A stretch of 64,000 nt of DNA from an uncultured Gemmatimonadales bacterium (GTDB lineage Bacteria > Gemmatimonadota > Gemmatimonadetes > Gemmatimonadales > Gemmatimonadaceae): positions 224,001 through 288,000 of the forward strand of contig CAVPQB010000006.1 of the NCBI GenBank assembly GCA_963707505.1. The letters are read 5' to 3'. Numbering within the stretch: position 1 is the stretch's first letter; each line of letters begins with the position of its first letter. The translations under genes were made by a program, and so were the position numbers. This document shows positions 19,557-29,987 of the stretch, piece by piece. A model generated the notes under the pieces. That model searched no databases, had not been told where the DNA came from, and saw only the letters and a program-made list of their open reading frames with translations.

Positions 19557-19994
19557 ATGTTGCCTTCGATCACGATTCGATCAGCCGTTTCAACCGATGT
19601 AAGCGCCATTGCCGGGCTTCTGGATCAACTGGGCTACCCGACCACACCACAGGAAGCCGCAACGCAACTAGCGCGCTTACGGGAATTTCCCAATACGACG
19701 GAACTCGTTGCAGAACTCCAGGGGAAAGTCATCGGCCTGGTGACGGGCCACGTATTTCCATCCATTCATGCTCCGTCGCCCGTAGCATGGATTACAACTC
19801 TTGTTATTGATCAGCAACACTTACACAGTGGCGTAGGCAAGCAGCTCTGCACAGTGATTGAGGCGTGGGCTCAGAACCAGGGTGCCAAGCGAGTGTCCGT
19901 TACATCGGGCAAGCATCGAGATGGTGCGCACGCCTTCTACGAAAGAATCGGGTACGAACGGACGGGGCTACGTCTTTCCAAAGCGCTCCTCTAA
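19557..19994 (+). CDS. GNAT family acetyltransferase
   Basis: IAGLLDQLGYP, ITTLVID...SGVGKQL, AHAFYERIGY. Confidence 0.88.
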   Translation: MLPSITIRSAVSTDVSAIAGLLDQLGYPTTPQEAATQLARLREFPNTTELVAELQGKVIGLVTGHVFPSIHAPSPVAWITTLVIDQQHLHSGVGKQLCTVIEAWAQNQGAKRVSVTSGKHRDGAHAFYERIGYERTGLRLSKALL

Positions 19995-20151
19995 CGCCGA
20001 GCTCGATATCGTTTGCGAGTCAACTACCTCACCGAGCGTCGCGCACGTGTAACAAAACGATCGGTTTTCGCCAGCCCGATAGCCTGCTACATTCCGGAAG
20101 GAAAGACGTGCAGCACGTCGTACCGAGGCAATACTCAAATCCGAGTAGATA

Positions 20152-20667
20152 ATGGCGAATACAGAGTGGTGGCAGCGTGGTCCCGTCGAGGGCGTCCCTG
20201 CTCTCCTGCAGCCGGTAGCACACATCCTCCTCCAGGTCCGGGAAAGTGTCGGCGAGCTGACCGCGAATCTGACTGAAGCCGAGTGGAACGCGCGGCCGGC
20301 CAACGTTGCATCATCCGCGTTTCACGTGCGCCACATCACCGGTGTCATTGACCGCCTCTTTACCTACGCACGAGGTGGCGGCCTGTCACCGGAACAGTTC
20401 TCGGCGATTCGGTCCGAAGGCGATTATCTGCCTGCCTCCGATGTCGCGGCGGTGCTCGACGCGCTGTCAGCACGTATCGACTCGGCGGTCGCCGAGCTTC
20501 GCGCGATAGATGTCGCGACACTCGGCGACTTTCGCGCAGTCGGACGCGCAAAGCTCCCTTCGACGGTGATCGGGTGCCTTGTGCATGGTGCGGAGCACTC
20601 GATGCGTCATGTCGGTCAGCTATCGGTAACGGCACGTATAGCGCGAGCGACGAATGCCAAGACGTAA
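20152..20667 (+). CDS. DinB family protein
   Basis: FHVRHITGVIDRLFTYA...STVIGCLVHGAEHSMRHVGQ. Confidence 0.88.
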   Translation: MANTEWWQRGPVEGVPALLQPVAHILLQVRESVGELTANLTEAEWNARPANVASSAFHVRHITGVIDRLFTYARGGGLSPEQFSAIRSEGDYLPASDVAAVLDALSARIDSAVAELRAIDVATLGDFRAVGRAKLPSTVIGCLVHGAEHSMRHVGQLSVTARIARATNAKT

Positions 20668-20700
20668 TACACGCCGGCCGTATCGTACTCGCGAGATGCT

Positions 20701-21468
20701 ATGCCTGAACCTCGTATTCCACACATTTCAACGAACGGCGAAGCACTGCTCACGATCACTGACTCGTACGTCGATCCCGATTTTGCGGCACGATATGCGG
20801 CGGCGGTGGACGAAGCTCCGTACAATGCGTCGTACGAACGGCCTGCCATGCTTGCTCTGCTGCCACCGGTCGCGGACTGTCACATCCTCGACGCTGGCTG
20901 CGGTGGCGGATGGTACGCGGCGCAATTGTTGGAACGTGGCGCGAATGTTACGGCGATCGATGCCAGCGCCACGCTCGTCGAGCACGCCCGTCGTCGTCTC
21001 TCGTCCTTTCTTACCGGTGAGTCGGCACCGCTGCGTGTACGCGTAGCGAATCTCGCCGAACCGCTTGCGTTTCTGGCGGACGCGAGCGTGGACGGTGTAG
21101 TATCACCACTCGTCCTTCATTATCTCGAGGACTGGCGGCCGACGTTGCGAGAGATCCGGCGGATCCTCAAGCCTGGCGGCTGGTTACTGCTGTCCACGCA
21201 CCATCCGGGCGCAGACGCGGCGCGCTTTCCGAGCAGTGCATACTACGAAACTCAACTGGTGGAAGACGACTGGAAGTGGGTCGGCAAGGTAAAGTTCTTT
21301 CGGCGACCGCTTACCGAGATAGCGTCGGCGCTCACCGACGTTGGGTTCGTGATCGAGCGGCTTGTCGAGCCGACACCGACAGAGGCCTTTCGACTCATCG
21401 ATCCAGACGCGTACCGCCGGCTGCTCGAGCAACCCGAGTTTCTGATAGTTCGCGCTCGCGTTTCCTGA
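20701..21468 (+). CDS. Class I SAM-dependent methyltransferase
   Basis: YNASYERPAM, ILDAGCGGG, LVLHYLEDW...ILKPGG. Confidence 0.9.
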   Translation: MPEPRIPHISTNGEALLTITDSYVDPDFAARYAAAVDEAPYNASYERPAMLALLPPVADCHILDAGCGGGWYAAQLLERGANVTAIDASATLVEHARRRLSSFLTGESAPLRVRVANLAEPLAFLADASVDGVVSPLVLHYLEDWRPTLREIRRILKPGGWLLLSTHHPGADAARFPSSAYYETQLVEDDWKWVGKVKFFRRPLTEIASALTDVGFVIERLVEPTPTEAFRLIDPDAYRRLLEQPEFLIVRARVS

Positions 21469-22135
21469 GCTGCCACTGCCAGCCCCGGTATACCACCAAT
21501 GACTTTGTGAGTCCACCAAGTCGCTCACGATACAACGATGCACCGGGAAATAATGATTTCATCTCACTGCTGTTGAGAAGTCGAATCTGCGACACCTCAC
21601 GGAGAGCGTCCAAGTAGTCCGGTTGCCGATGTATCCATCCCAGATCACGTCGGCGCAACAGTTCCACCTGCAGGCGCCGCGGGTAGAACTGAAACAGAGG
21701 TAGGAGGAAGTGCGGCTCCAGTGGGAAGTAGCGGTTGGGCGTCTGAACGAAATATCGTGGGGCCACCCGTTGGACCTCTTCAGCCATCCTCTCCTGATCA
21801 CCGAGTGACCCGACGTGCTCGATGACCGAGTTCGAAAAAACCGCGTCGAATGCATTGTCGGCGAACATGCGCATGTCTCGTGCGTCGCAGGCCAGTTGCT
21901 TGATGGCCGGGTTTGTAGAAACGTAGGACTCCAGGTTGACAATCGTGACGCTAATCGCGCCCGTCGTCACAAGGGTTTCGCCTTCCCAGAATTGTGGAGT
22001 TCCGCCGACGTCGAGCACCGACGATCCTCGGGGGAGTTTCTCTATCAACCCGCGGAACAACGCGAACCTTTTACGGCGCATGCGACTGGCGAGCGACGCA
22101 GGGTCGTTGAAATTCGCCAAACGTTTGAGTCCCAT
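21395..22135 (-). CDS. Class I SAM-dependent methyltransferase (type 11-like)
   Basis: VLDVGGT, FDAVFSNSVIEHVG, YFVQTPNRYFPLEPHF. Confidence 0.85.
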   Translation of the reverse strand: MGLKRLANFNDPASLASRMRRKRFALFRGLIEKLPRGSSVLDVGGTPQFWEGETLVTTGAISVTIVNLESYVSTNPAIKQLACDARDMRMFADNAFDAVFSNSVIEHVGSLGDQERMAEEVQRVAPRYFVQTPNRYFPLEPHFLLPLFQFYPRRLQVELLRRRDLGWIHRQPDYLDALREVSQIRLLNSSEMKSLFPGASLYRERLGGLTKSLVVYRGWQWQLRKRERELSETRVARAAGGTRLDR

Positions 22136-22277
22136 GTTGGATCGGCCTCGTTACTAAACCAGAGATAGACTACTGCATTCCGCAACCCGCACGTGATCGT
22201 TACGCGACAGAGAACGCGGCTCGATGAATAAAGGCGGACAATCAGCCGGCGAGTGCCAGCGACTCGGGAGCAGCATT

Positions 22278-22562
22278 TTAATGAAGAAGGGCCGGCGAGG
22301 TTACAATGACAGTTGCGCCGACTTCGCCTAACCAGGGTACGCCGGAGGCGCCGCAACTGCATCGGCCTACCTTTAAGATGAGGCGCGTGGTTCTGCAAAG
22401 CCGTACTGCGTATCAGACTGTCGCATTGTCCGGCCGTGGCCAGCCACGCTTCCACTCACCGATCGACTCACCAACACTCAGTGATCTAATTCGTGTCGCT
22501 CACGTCACTGTAAGAATGACCGCAATCCCAATTACCGCATCGCGAATTGCTCTTTTGCGCAT
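22278..22562 (-). pseudogene. Decayed gene, possibly an orphan immunity gene
   Basis: AAGGAG RBS plus ATG at 22562 (MRKRAIRDAVIGIAVILTVT*), interrupted by in-frame stops; lies downstream of the orphan RHS core. Confidence 0.35.
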
Positions 22563-22914
22563 ACGTGCTCCTTGGTTTGCTTGTGGCTGTCGCAAAAAAC
22601 GACTGCGTGAAATTCTGGTGCCGTGAAATGGCATCACGCGAACTGTGCAAGGCTTGAGTGCAACCAGCTACCATCTCAAGGACCGGCGCTAAACAATGTG
22701 AACTATTCGTTGTCTCGTCAAGACGACGACGAGCAATGCTTCCACGTTTCAAGTCAAGAGTAGAGAGCACGGGCAATGCGTTGCAACTTTGCGGGGCAAC
22801 GCGAGTGGAAGTAGCAAGCGACATTTAGACTCATTCATCGGACCCCTTTGCCGTAAGTGCGACGAGTTCCTCGACAGCCGCATGCGCATTCCGGCCACTT
22901 TACGCGAAATCAAG

Positions 22915-22979
22915 CCAACGGAACCGTAAGTATTGAGCCCGCCGACCAGCCTCATCGGATCCACCTGAGTAGACGCGCC
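22915..22979 (-). pseudogene. Orphan RHS core fragment
   Basis: GASTQVDPMRLVGGLNTYGS aligns with GRFTQVDPIGLAGGLNAYGF of the main RHS. Confidence 0.75.
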
Positions 22980-23061
22980 TGCCCACGATGTCGGAGCGTT
23001 CGATCCTACTCGGCTTTATCCCGGATACCCGGCCCAGTTACTAACTGTTGCTCAGTAAGCG

Positions 23062-23560
23062 TCAGTGGATTGATGCAATGATCTTTCTCTGCTCACCAAG
23101 CGCTTTTCTTATGGAAGGACGGATCGAGCTGTATGCACGGGTGGCGCGTGATTCGGCTATCTCGAGCTGGCTTATTGCCTTTCGGACAAGATCTACATCC
23201 CAGGTTCCAAATCCTTGGTAACTCTTCGCGGCGGTTACGGCTCCGAGGTGATACCACGCACTCGCGTTCGTGGAATCGGCCGCTGTTGCGAGCGTTAACA
23301 CCTTGAGTGAGCTCTGAAAGAATTCCGCACGAGCAGTTTGCGCGTCCTCGGGATCTTGAAAGAACGGGGCCCGGAAGCAGCTGTATAGGTCTCGGTTTCG
23401 ATCCTATAAAAAGCTCATCCAGATGTCATCCAGCTCCCGAGATGCCGCTGTGCTCGCAGCAATGTTGGTGGCGGTTGTTTTCCTTCAGCCCGCACTTGGA
23501 CCAGACACGCAGTCCGACGCCGCGTTGCATCACCGGCACGCTCGAAATGCAAAGCGAGCT
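23062..23560 (-). pseudogene. Decayed TPR-like gene
   Basis: ATAADSTNASAWYHLG TPR-like segment; the upstream frame is broken by TAG/TGA stops; 5' boundary approximate. Confidence 0.45.
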
Positions 23561-23588
23561 AAGGGCAAACACGATCAGCGGCTAAAGA

Positions 23589-23622
23589 AGAAGCCCGACC
23601 ATATCCTCTTGGTCGGGCTTCT
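23589..23622 (-). terminator. Terminator downstream of the immunity gene
   Basis: AGAAGCCCGACCA...TGGTCGGGCTTCT hairpin followed by TCTTT on the minus strand. Confidence 0.65.
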
Positions 23623-23680
23623 ACCTGTCAGACTTCACCCATGTAAAGTATACGTCGGGCCCTCAACGCATCTACAGCGT

Positions 23681-24154
23681 TCAAGTATCCATGCTTCGCG
23701 CGCGTGCTCTAACATTTTCATCAAGGCGTTGAAAAACAGCGAAATCTCCTGACATAATATCAGAGGCCTGAGAACTCAGCGCACTCGCGTACTGCGCAAG
23801 CAAGCGAGTCACCGCTTGATCATCACCTCCAGAGAACATCTTGCCCACCGGCGAGTTCTCTACGGGGCGCACTAGCAGCAAGTCATCTACATCGAATGCC
23901 TTGCTGCGATCCGCGCCGGAACTGACGGATGGTACCTCTTGCACAATCGCGCCATTTTCAAGTTCGTAGATCGTCAGAAAAGGACGTAGTTCGGTCCAGT
24001 CCACGGCAACCTTAAGGCCGGTCGTGGCGTTTGCATACAGCACTGCCGCGTAATTGCGTGAGTCGTCTCGCCTCAGCACTCGCAATCCGAACTGGGTCGC
24101 GAGTGGACTCATCGCAGATTCGATAGTAGCCGATAGGAACTGGTTCATGATCAC
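23681..24154 (-). CDS. Putative immunity protein for the RHS toxin
   Basis: 157 aa ORF whose start overlaps the RHS stop codon (GTGA). Confidence 0.7.
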   Translation of the reverse strand: MIMNQFLSATIESAMSPLATQFGLRVLRRDDSRNYAAVLYANATTGLKVAVDWTELRPFLTIYELENGAIVQEVPSVSSGADRSKAFDVDDLLLVRPVENSPVGKMFSGGDDQAVTRLLAQYASALSSQASDIMSGDFAVFQRLDENVRARARSMDT

Positions 24155-27100
24155 GGTACCGTTGTGGGATATCTACGGCTCTCTATAAGAGCTTTCTCAG
24201 CTCGATAGAATTGGCTCGGCGAGGGACGAGTCGCGTCCGGGCCTATATCAATAATCTCCTTGCCATCCCGCATCGCGCCACGAAGCCACGTACTATTGGC
24301 TTTCCAAAGTGCTTTCGCACCGCGAGCCCCCGTTTCAAAAGTCTCCGCATCGTGTGTGGCGGCAGCAGCGCGCACACGGGCCATCGTCTCTCCGATCACG
24401 ACCTTTCCAGCGCGGGCCTCGCCCGCGCCAGTAGCGGCGGATCCGACGCCCGCCGTCGCAATGACGGCGCCTACCTGCCCACCGAAATACGCTGCGCCAT
24501 CCTTATCGACTACATCATTGGTGCCCATCTTGTCGCGAACCCAATCGGTAGCGCCGAAGGACACCGCATCGCCGAAACCCGCAGCGAAGCTTGCAACCGC
24601 ATTCAGATTGCAAGGCTTACCATCGACCCACTCTGGACAAAGCCCAAACGGGTCCGAATAATTTACCTGATCCCCGCCACCGAAGCCATAAGCGTTGAGA
24701 CCACCGGCCAGACCGATCGGATCCACCTGCGTGAATCTCCCGCTCGCGGGGTCATAGTACCGGTTCCGCTTGTACTGCATGCCGCTGCCATCGGTCGCTT
24801 CACTCAAGAGCGAGCCCATCCAGTACCCGGACGGAAGCGTCACGTCCAACGGATGCCCTCTCGCCGCTGACATCCCTACCGCAGGCCACGCTATGTAGCT
24901 GCACTTGGGCGCAGAGCCCGTGCACGGATTGGAGCTGCCGTCGTCCCAGGTCCCTAACGCGTACGCCCCTCGCCAATCCACGTGCGGCGTCATCGTCCCC
25001 ACCGTACCCGAGCTCGTGCCACGCCACACTCCTACGGGTGCATCAAGTCCGTCGGCGTTCACATAGCCCACCATGGCCGAGTCACTCTCAAGGCCCGGCA
25101 TCGTGTTCGAGTTGGAGATCGTCTCATACAGGTACTGGTCTCCGTCCCACACCGTGCGCGACACATAGGCTCCGGCCTGGCCGCCCTGCGTGCGTCTCCA
25201 GATGCGGCGGCCCAGCGCGTCGTAGCGGTACTCCTCGTACAGCCAGTTACTACCCGAGACGCTGTTCACGTCTATGCCGTTGTGACGGTTGAAGAGACGT
25301 AGCTTGTTGTCTCCGTCGTAGAAGTGTGCCTCGGCGGTCTGGGAGATCGAATCCGTGAAGAACGAAGCAGCATTCCCGCCACTGAGATCGGACGGACCCA
25401 TCATGTGGCGCATGTTGCCCAGATTGCCATCTAGGTCTCCACCGAATACGAATCGGGAATCATTAAAGAATGATGCGAACGACGGCACACCGTTCGGCAC
25501 GTTCATCGGATAGTTCATCGTGATCTCTCCGCCAGTTCCGAAGGCGTTCTGCTCCTTCGTGAACACTGTCAACAGATTGCCCACCCCGTCGTAGCCCAGC
25601 TCCTTACGGTAGAAGTAGGGATACGTCGCGTACGTGCTGTCGTTCTTGGGCGACGTCACGGTCATGAGTTCCCCGTTGGCGCTCACGTCCATCACGCGTG
25701 CCGTGTTGGGATCGGCGTAGTTGTACGACATCGGCAGACGCCAGCTGTTGAGCCTGTTCCCCAGCGCGTCCACCGTGAAGGCCTCGGTCGCCACGCTACC
25801 GCTCGCGTTGGTCTCCATGCCGATCACCGAGCCCAGGCCGTGATACATCATCGTCACGTCCTCGGTGGGATTGGTCGACACTCCGCTCCCGGAGAAGTGA
25901 CCCGTCCTCACCCGGCCCATGTTGTCGTACGTCATGCTGTCGCTCAACAAACCGATGTTGCTCACCACCACGACGGACGTCACGTTGCCGTCGTCGTCGT
26001 AGTGCTTGGTATCCGTCACCGGACCGGTCACGCTGCCAGGTGAGGTCAGCTTGTACGCCCGACCCGCGTTGTCGTAGTCGATCGTGTAGCTGAGAGGCCA
26101 TGGATGTCGGTGATCCCGGTGAGCTCGCCCGTACTCGTGCTGTACGTATAGGACTCGGTGCAGGGCCCGTGTAGCACAGCGACGGAACGTTGTACCCCGT
26201 CGGATGCAGCAGCGTGCTCCGCTCTCCGTCGTCGTTGTACGTGTAGGTCAGGCCGTAGATGTGCGAGTACTCGCTGTCAGGTGCCATCGAGCTCGCAATA
26301 GCATCGCGCAAGCGATCGCGCGCCGAATAACCTTCCGAGGCGTCGCCTGCCATCACCTGGCGTCTTCATCACCCGCATACGGTCCGTGGATGGACGAGTC
26401 TACGGCGGAGATGTTCGCCGGCAACCACGATGCCCAGTGTCCGTTGTTGTGGCGACTGTCCCCAGCGCCAGCTCATGATCCTTCGGTAGCACATACTTCG
26501 ACATCGTGATGTTGCACGGACGCCAGCCATGCGCCTCGTCACCGCAGATGCCGAGCGAGTCTACCGGCGGTGGCGCCGGCTCCGTGCCACCGCACTCGTC
26601 CGCAGTCCCGCGATAGGTCTGCCTCGTCCTCAAGCGTGTCCCACTGGATCTGGCCGTTGGGATAGTAGCCGCGCCGCACGCGAGCGTCGCCGTTGTCCGC
26701 CTGGACCAGGTTGCCTGCCACGTCATAGCTGTAGGTTGCCGTGTCGCTCGAGAAGCACACCGCCGCACCATAGGCGTTGCCAAGCGTCACCCGATCCGGG
26801 CAGGCTGAAGAAACAGTAACCCGTGAAGTTGGCCGTCATGAGCGGACTCGTCATGCAGCTGGTCGAGCTGTAGGTAACGAGCGGCACGAACTTGTTCACG
26901 ATTCTGTTCAGCGCATCGTACTTCATCGTCACGATGTGCTCGCCATCGTTCTTCGAGATCACGTTACCGGCGGGATCATACGTGTAGTGCGTCGTCTTGA
27001 CCGCCTCGAACGCTATCTTTACCCTGCCGACGGCGTCGTACTGGTAGTACGAATCCGTGTATCCGAGCGACGGGCCACGGGTACGCGTCACGTCTTTGAC

Positions 27101-27200
27101 TCTGCCTTCCGCGTCATACTCGGTGGCTATCCGGACCGTGTCCGCCGGCAGTTCCGTCCCCACTCCGGATATCCAGGTCGGACGATGTCCGCCGTCACCG
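24151..27200 (-). CDS. RHS/YD-repeat polymorphic toxin, 5'-truncated, with frameshifts at about 26.0-26.8 kb; core and toxin tip intact
   Basis: YD repeats (YDAEGR, YDAVGR, YDPAGN, YDALNR, YRYDALGRR); core RNRYYDPASGRFTQVDPIGLAGGLNAYGF...NYSDPFGL; about 160 aa C-terminal tip. Confidence 0.9.
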
Positions 27201-27237
27201 GTTGTCGCATTTTGCCGTGCAACAAAATGCGACAACC
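27200..27237. repeat. 15-bp inverted repeat at the RHS truncation point
   Basis: GGTTGTCGCATTTTG-N8-CAAAATGCGACAACC. Confidence 0.7.
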
Positions 27238-27255
27238 CGCTCGTTCCCTGCACCC

Positions 27256-28569
27256 CTAGAAACTCTCCAACAACCTCCTGTCCACTTTCGTCGTATCTCC
27301 CAGATACGCCCAGTGAAAATTCTTCATGTACTTCCGCGCCGCTGCCTGCACGGCCTCCGGCGTCACCGACTTGAGGTCCTCCACGAACGACATCGCGCGA
27401 CGATAATCCCCCTGATACAACTGAGACCGAGCCAGAAAGTCCGCCTGCGATGCGTTGGTCTCGTTGTCCAGGAAGTACTGTGTGATGAATTGCAGCTCCA
27501 GTCTTTGCAATCCTTCACTCGTTACGATCTCGTTCTTCAACTGCGTTATGAAGAACTTCATCAGCTTGAGCGTCGTATCAGGTGCCACAGTCGTCACATA
27601 CAGTCCCGACGCACTCGCTGCACGTTCCAGGAACGGCGAGTGCACGTCGTACGTTAGATTCTGCCGCCCGCGAATTTCGGCGAACATCTGACCGGTAAGC
27701 ACGGTTGCGGCAACACGCAGCGCGGTGTAATCAGGCGATGATGCCAGTGGCCCGGCAACGTATCCGAGCAGATAGTTCGTCGGTAGATCCCGTTGCACCA
27801 CTACGGCCGACGATGGCGTGACTGGTACGACTGGTGGCAATGTCCACTTGTACGATCCCGCCGGAAGCCGCCCGAACGTCGAGTGAATCAGTGACTCGAC
27901 GTGAGCACGAGTCACGTCGCCGACGACGACTATCAACATCCGCGATTTCACTATCTGCGACTTTTGATACTGACGTAGATCTGCAGCCGTGATGCCCGCC
28001 AACGACGTGGCATTGCCTGTCTCCGACATCGCGTACGGATGCCCGGCGAACGCGACACTGTCAGCGAGGTCCGAAACGTACGCATCCGGATCATCCCGCT
28101 CCTGCCTTTGTGCACTCAACAGCTGCGACCTCACCAGCTCGACTTCCGCGGGTTGAATGGCTGGATACATCAGGCGATCCGCAAATATCGCCCACGTTGA
28201 ATCCACCGCGGTCGTAATGGTCCGCGCACCGAACATCGTCCAGTCCACACTCGGCGCTATCACGAAGTCGCTTCCCAGCGCCGATGTCTTGCTTCGAAGC
28301 GCAGCCTTGGGGTAGTGCTGTGTGCCGCGCTCGGACACCGCCAGAAGAAATGGCTCGATCCCGCTGGTCGCGCTCGTCACCTGACGCACGCCGCCCAGCA
28401 GATAAACATTGGCGACCACCACGTTGTTCGACGTATTGCGACGCAGGATCACCGGAATACCGTCGACCGAAAAGCTCGATGTGAGGGTGTCTGCCTCCGT
28501 TTGCGCGCCGACGCTTCCAATTCCTGCACACACTGCCACCACAAACAACATGACTCTGCGCAGCATCAC
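27256..28569 (-). CDS. M16 family peptidase, non-catalytic subunit
   Basis: M16-type sequence with signal peptide, no HXXEH, C-terminal IRGRQNLTY (R/Y) motif. Confidence 0.85.
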   Translation of the reverse strand: MMLRRVMLFVVAVCAGIGSVGAQTEADTLTSSFSVDGIPVILRRNTSNNVVVANVYLLGGVRQVTSATSGIEPFLLAVSERGTQHYPKAALRSKTSALGSDFVIAPSVDWTMFGARTITTAVDSTWAIFADRLMYPAIQPAEVELVRSQLLSAQRQERDDPDAYVSDLADSVAFAGHPYAMSETGNATSLAGITAADLRQYQKSQIVKSRMLIVVVGDVTRAHVESLIHSTFGRLPAGSYKWTLPPVVPVTPSSAVVVQRDLPTNYLLGYVAGPLASSPDYTALRVAATVLTGQMFAEIRGRQNLTYDVHSPFLERAASASGLYVTTVAPDTTLKLMKFFITQLKNEIVTSEGLQRLELQFITQYFLDNETNASQADFLARSQLYQGDYRRAMSFVEDLKSVTPEAVQAAARKYMKNFHWAYLGDTTKVDRRLLESF

Positions 28570-29987
28570 CTGGTCCCTCCCGCTTTGAGCTCATCAGCGG
28601 TCAGGTGAATCTTCTGCCGCCCTTCGGGTGAGATGAGAACGCCGGTGATGCGCGGCTTTCCGATGATGTACTTGTCTGCATATGCACGCAGATCCGCAGT
28701 CGTCTGATGCGCCATGTTGTCCACGTAGCCCATGTAGTACTCGAGACTCGCGACGCTCCACCAGAATCCAAGCGTGTGCGCGAACGCTGATGCCTGCTCT
28801 CGCCCGAACGCCGATGTTACTGCGCGATGTGCCTGGACGGCTTTCAGTTCGTCGGGATCAAAGTATGTCGGATCATCCAGCTTCTTGATCTCCGAATCCA
28901 GCGCCGCAAGTGCTGGGCGCAATTTCTCCGGCGACGTCTGGCCACTGATGGTGATTGGCCCCGTGTGATTGAGCGTGTAATAGTTGACAGTCACCCCCTG
29001 CCAAAGTCCGCTGTCCACCAGCCGTTGCTGAAAGCGCGACCGCGGATCGTTCAGAAGATCCGAGAATACATCAGCTGCGTACGTCGATTTGGGATCCTTA
29101 CCGACACTCGGTCCCTGCCACTGCAGCAGCACGGTCACGGCGTTGACCTGAGCCTCCGCTACAACTGCATCGCTCGCTGTGAGTGGCGGAATGTCAGGAA
29201 TGGGATCGGCGACGAACGGATCCGGACCGCGTGCCCAGCCGCCGAGTTGGCGCGCTGCTATGGCGAAGATACTGTCCGGCTTCACGTCACCGGCGACTAT
29301 CAGCACGGAGTTGTTCGGGATGTAGTACTTGTGCTGGATGAACCGCATCTTCTCGGGCGTGGTCGTCGCGACAACCTGACGGTCGCCGATCACATTCTTG
29401 CGTGAATAATTGCCCGGATAAAGTTTCATATCCATCTGTCGCTGCAACTGGAAGAATGGACTCGATTCGTTGCGATCGTACTCGCCGATTACAACCTGTC
29501 GCTCAACTGCGAGCTCGCTCTCCAGGAACAACGGCGCGCGCAGTGCCGGTGTGAGCCATTGAATTGCGCCGCGAACCGAATCCGCTGGCACGGTGAGGTA
29601 ATAGCTCACCGTCTCTTCCTGCGTCGTTCCGTTGAAGACGGCGCCAAGTTGTGCCGCGCGATCGAGATACATCTCGCTCTCCGGATACTGCTGGTTCGCC
29701 CGGAAGAACATGTGCTCGTACATGTGCGCCAGGCCGGCGTATTCCGGCGTCTGCGTGAACGAGCCATTCCGCACGTTGACCTCGACGGTAGCGAGCGGAA
29801 CTCCGTGGTTCTCGACTACTATCACCTCGAGGCCGTTCGGTAACACACGTCGCTGAATGATCTTGTCGAGATCGGCGCGCTGCGCATGCAGTACTGCTGG
29901 CAGGACGGTCGGCAGCGTACACGCTCCGGCAACGAGCGCCAGTAACGCCAACGCCCTCTGACGCGATAATACTTTCATCTTCCTCAC
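28566..29987 (-). CDS. M16 family zinc peptidase, catalytic subunit
   Basis: LPNGLEVIV, GLAHMYEHMFF (HXXEH), FNGTT, ERQVVIGE. Confidence 0.92.
   Translation of the reverse strand: MRKMKVLSRQRALALLALVAGACTLPTVLPAVLHAQRADLDKIIQRRVLPNGLEVIVVENHGVPLATVEVNVRNGSFTQTPEYAGLAHMYEHMFFRANQQYPESEMYLDRAAQLGAVFNGTTQEETVSYYLTVPADSVRGAIQWLTPALRAPLFLESELAVERQVVIGEYDRNESSPFFQLQRQMDMKLYPGNYSRKNVIGDRQVVATTTPEKMRFIQHKYYIPNNSVLIVAGDVKPDSIFAIAARQLGGWARGPDPFVADPIPDIPPLTASDAVVAEAQVNAVTVLLQWQGPSVGKDPKSTYAADVFSDLLNDPRSRFQQRLVDSGLWQGVTVNYYTLNHTGPITISGQTSPEKLRPALAALDSEIKKLDDPTYFDPDELKAVQAHRAVTSAFGREQASAFAHTLGFWWSVASLEYYMGYVDNMAHQTTADLRAYADKYIIGKPRITGVLISPEGRQKIHLTADELKAGGTR

Noticed and set aside
27201..27253. GTG at 27253 as the true RHS start
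   Set aside because: No RBS, the encoded residues come from a hairpin, and the protein would begin in the middle of the YD shell
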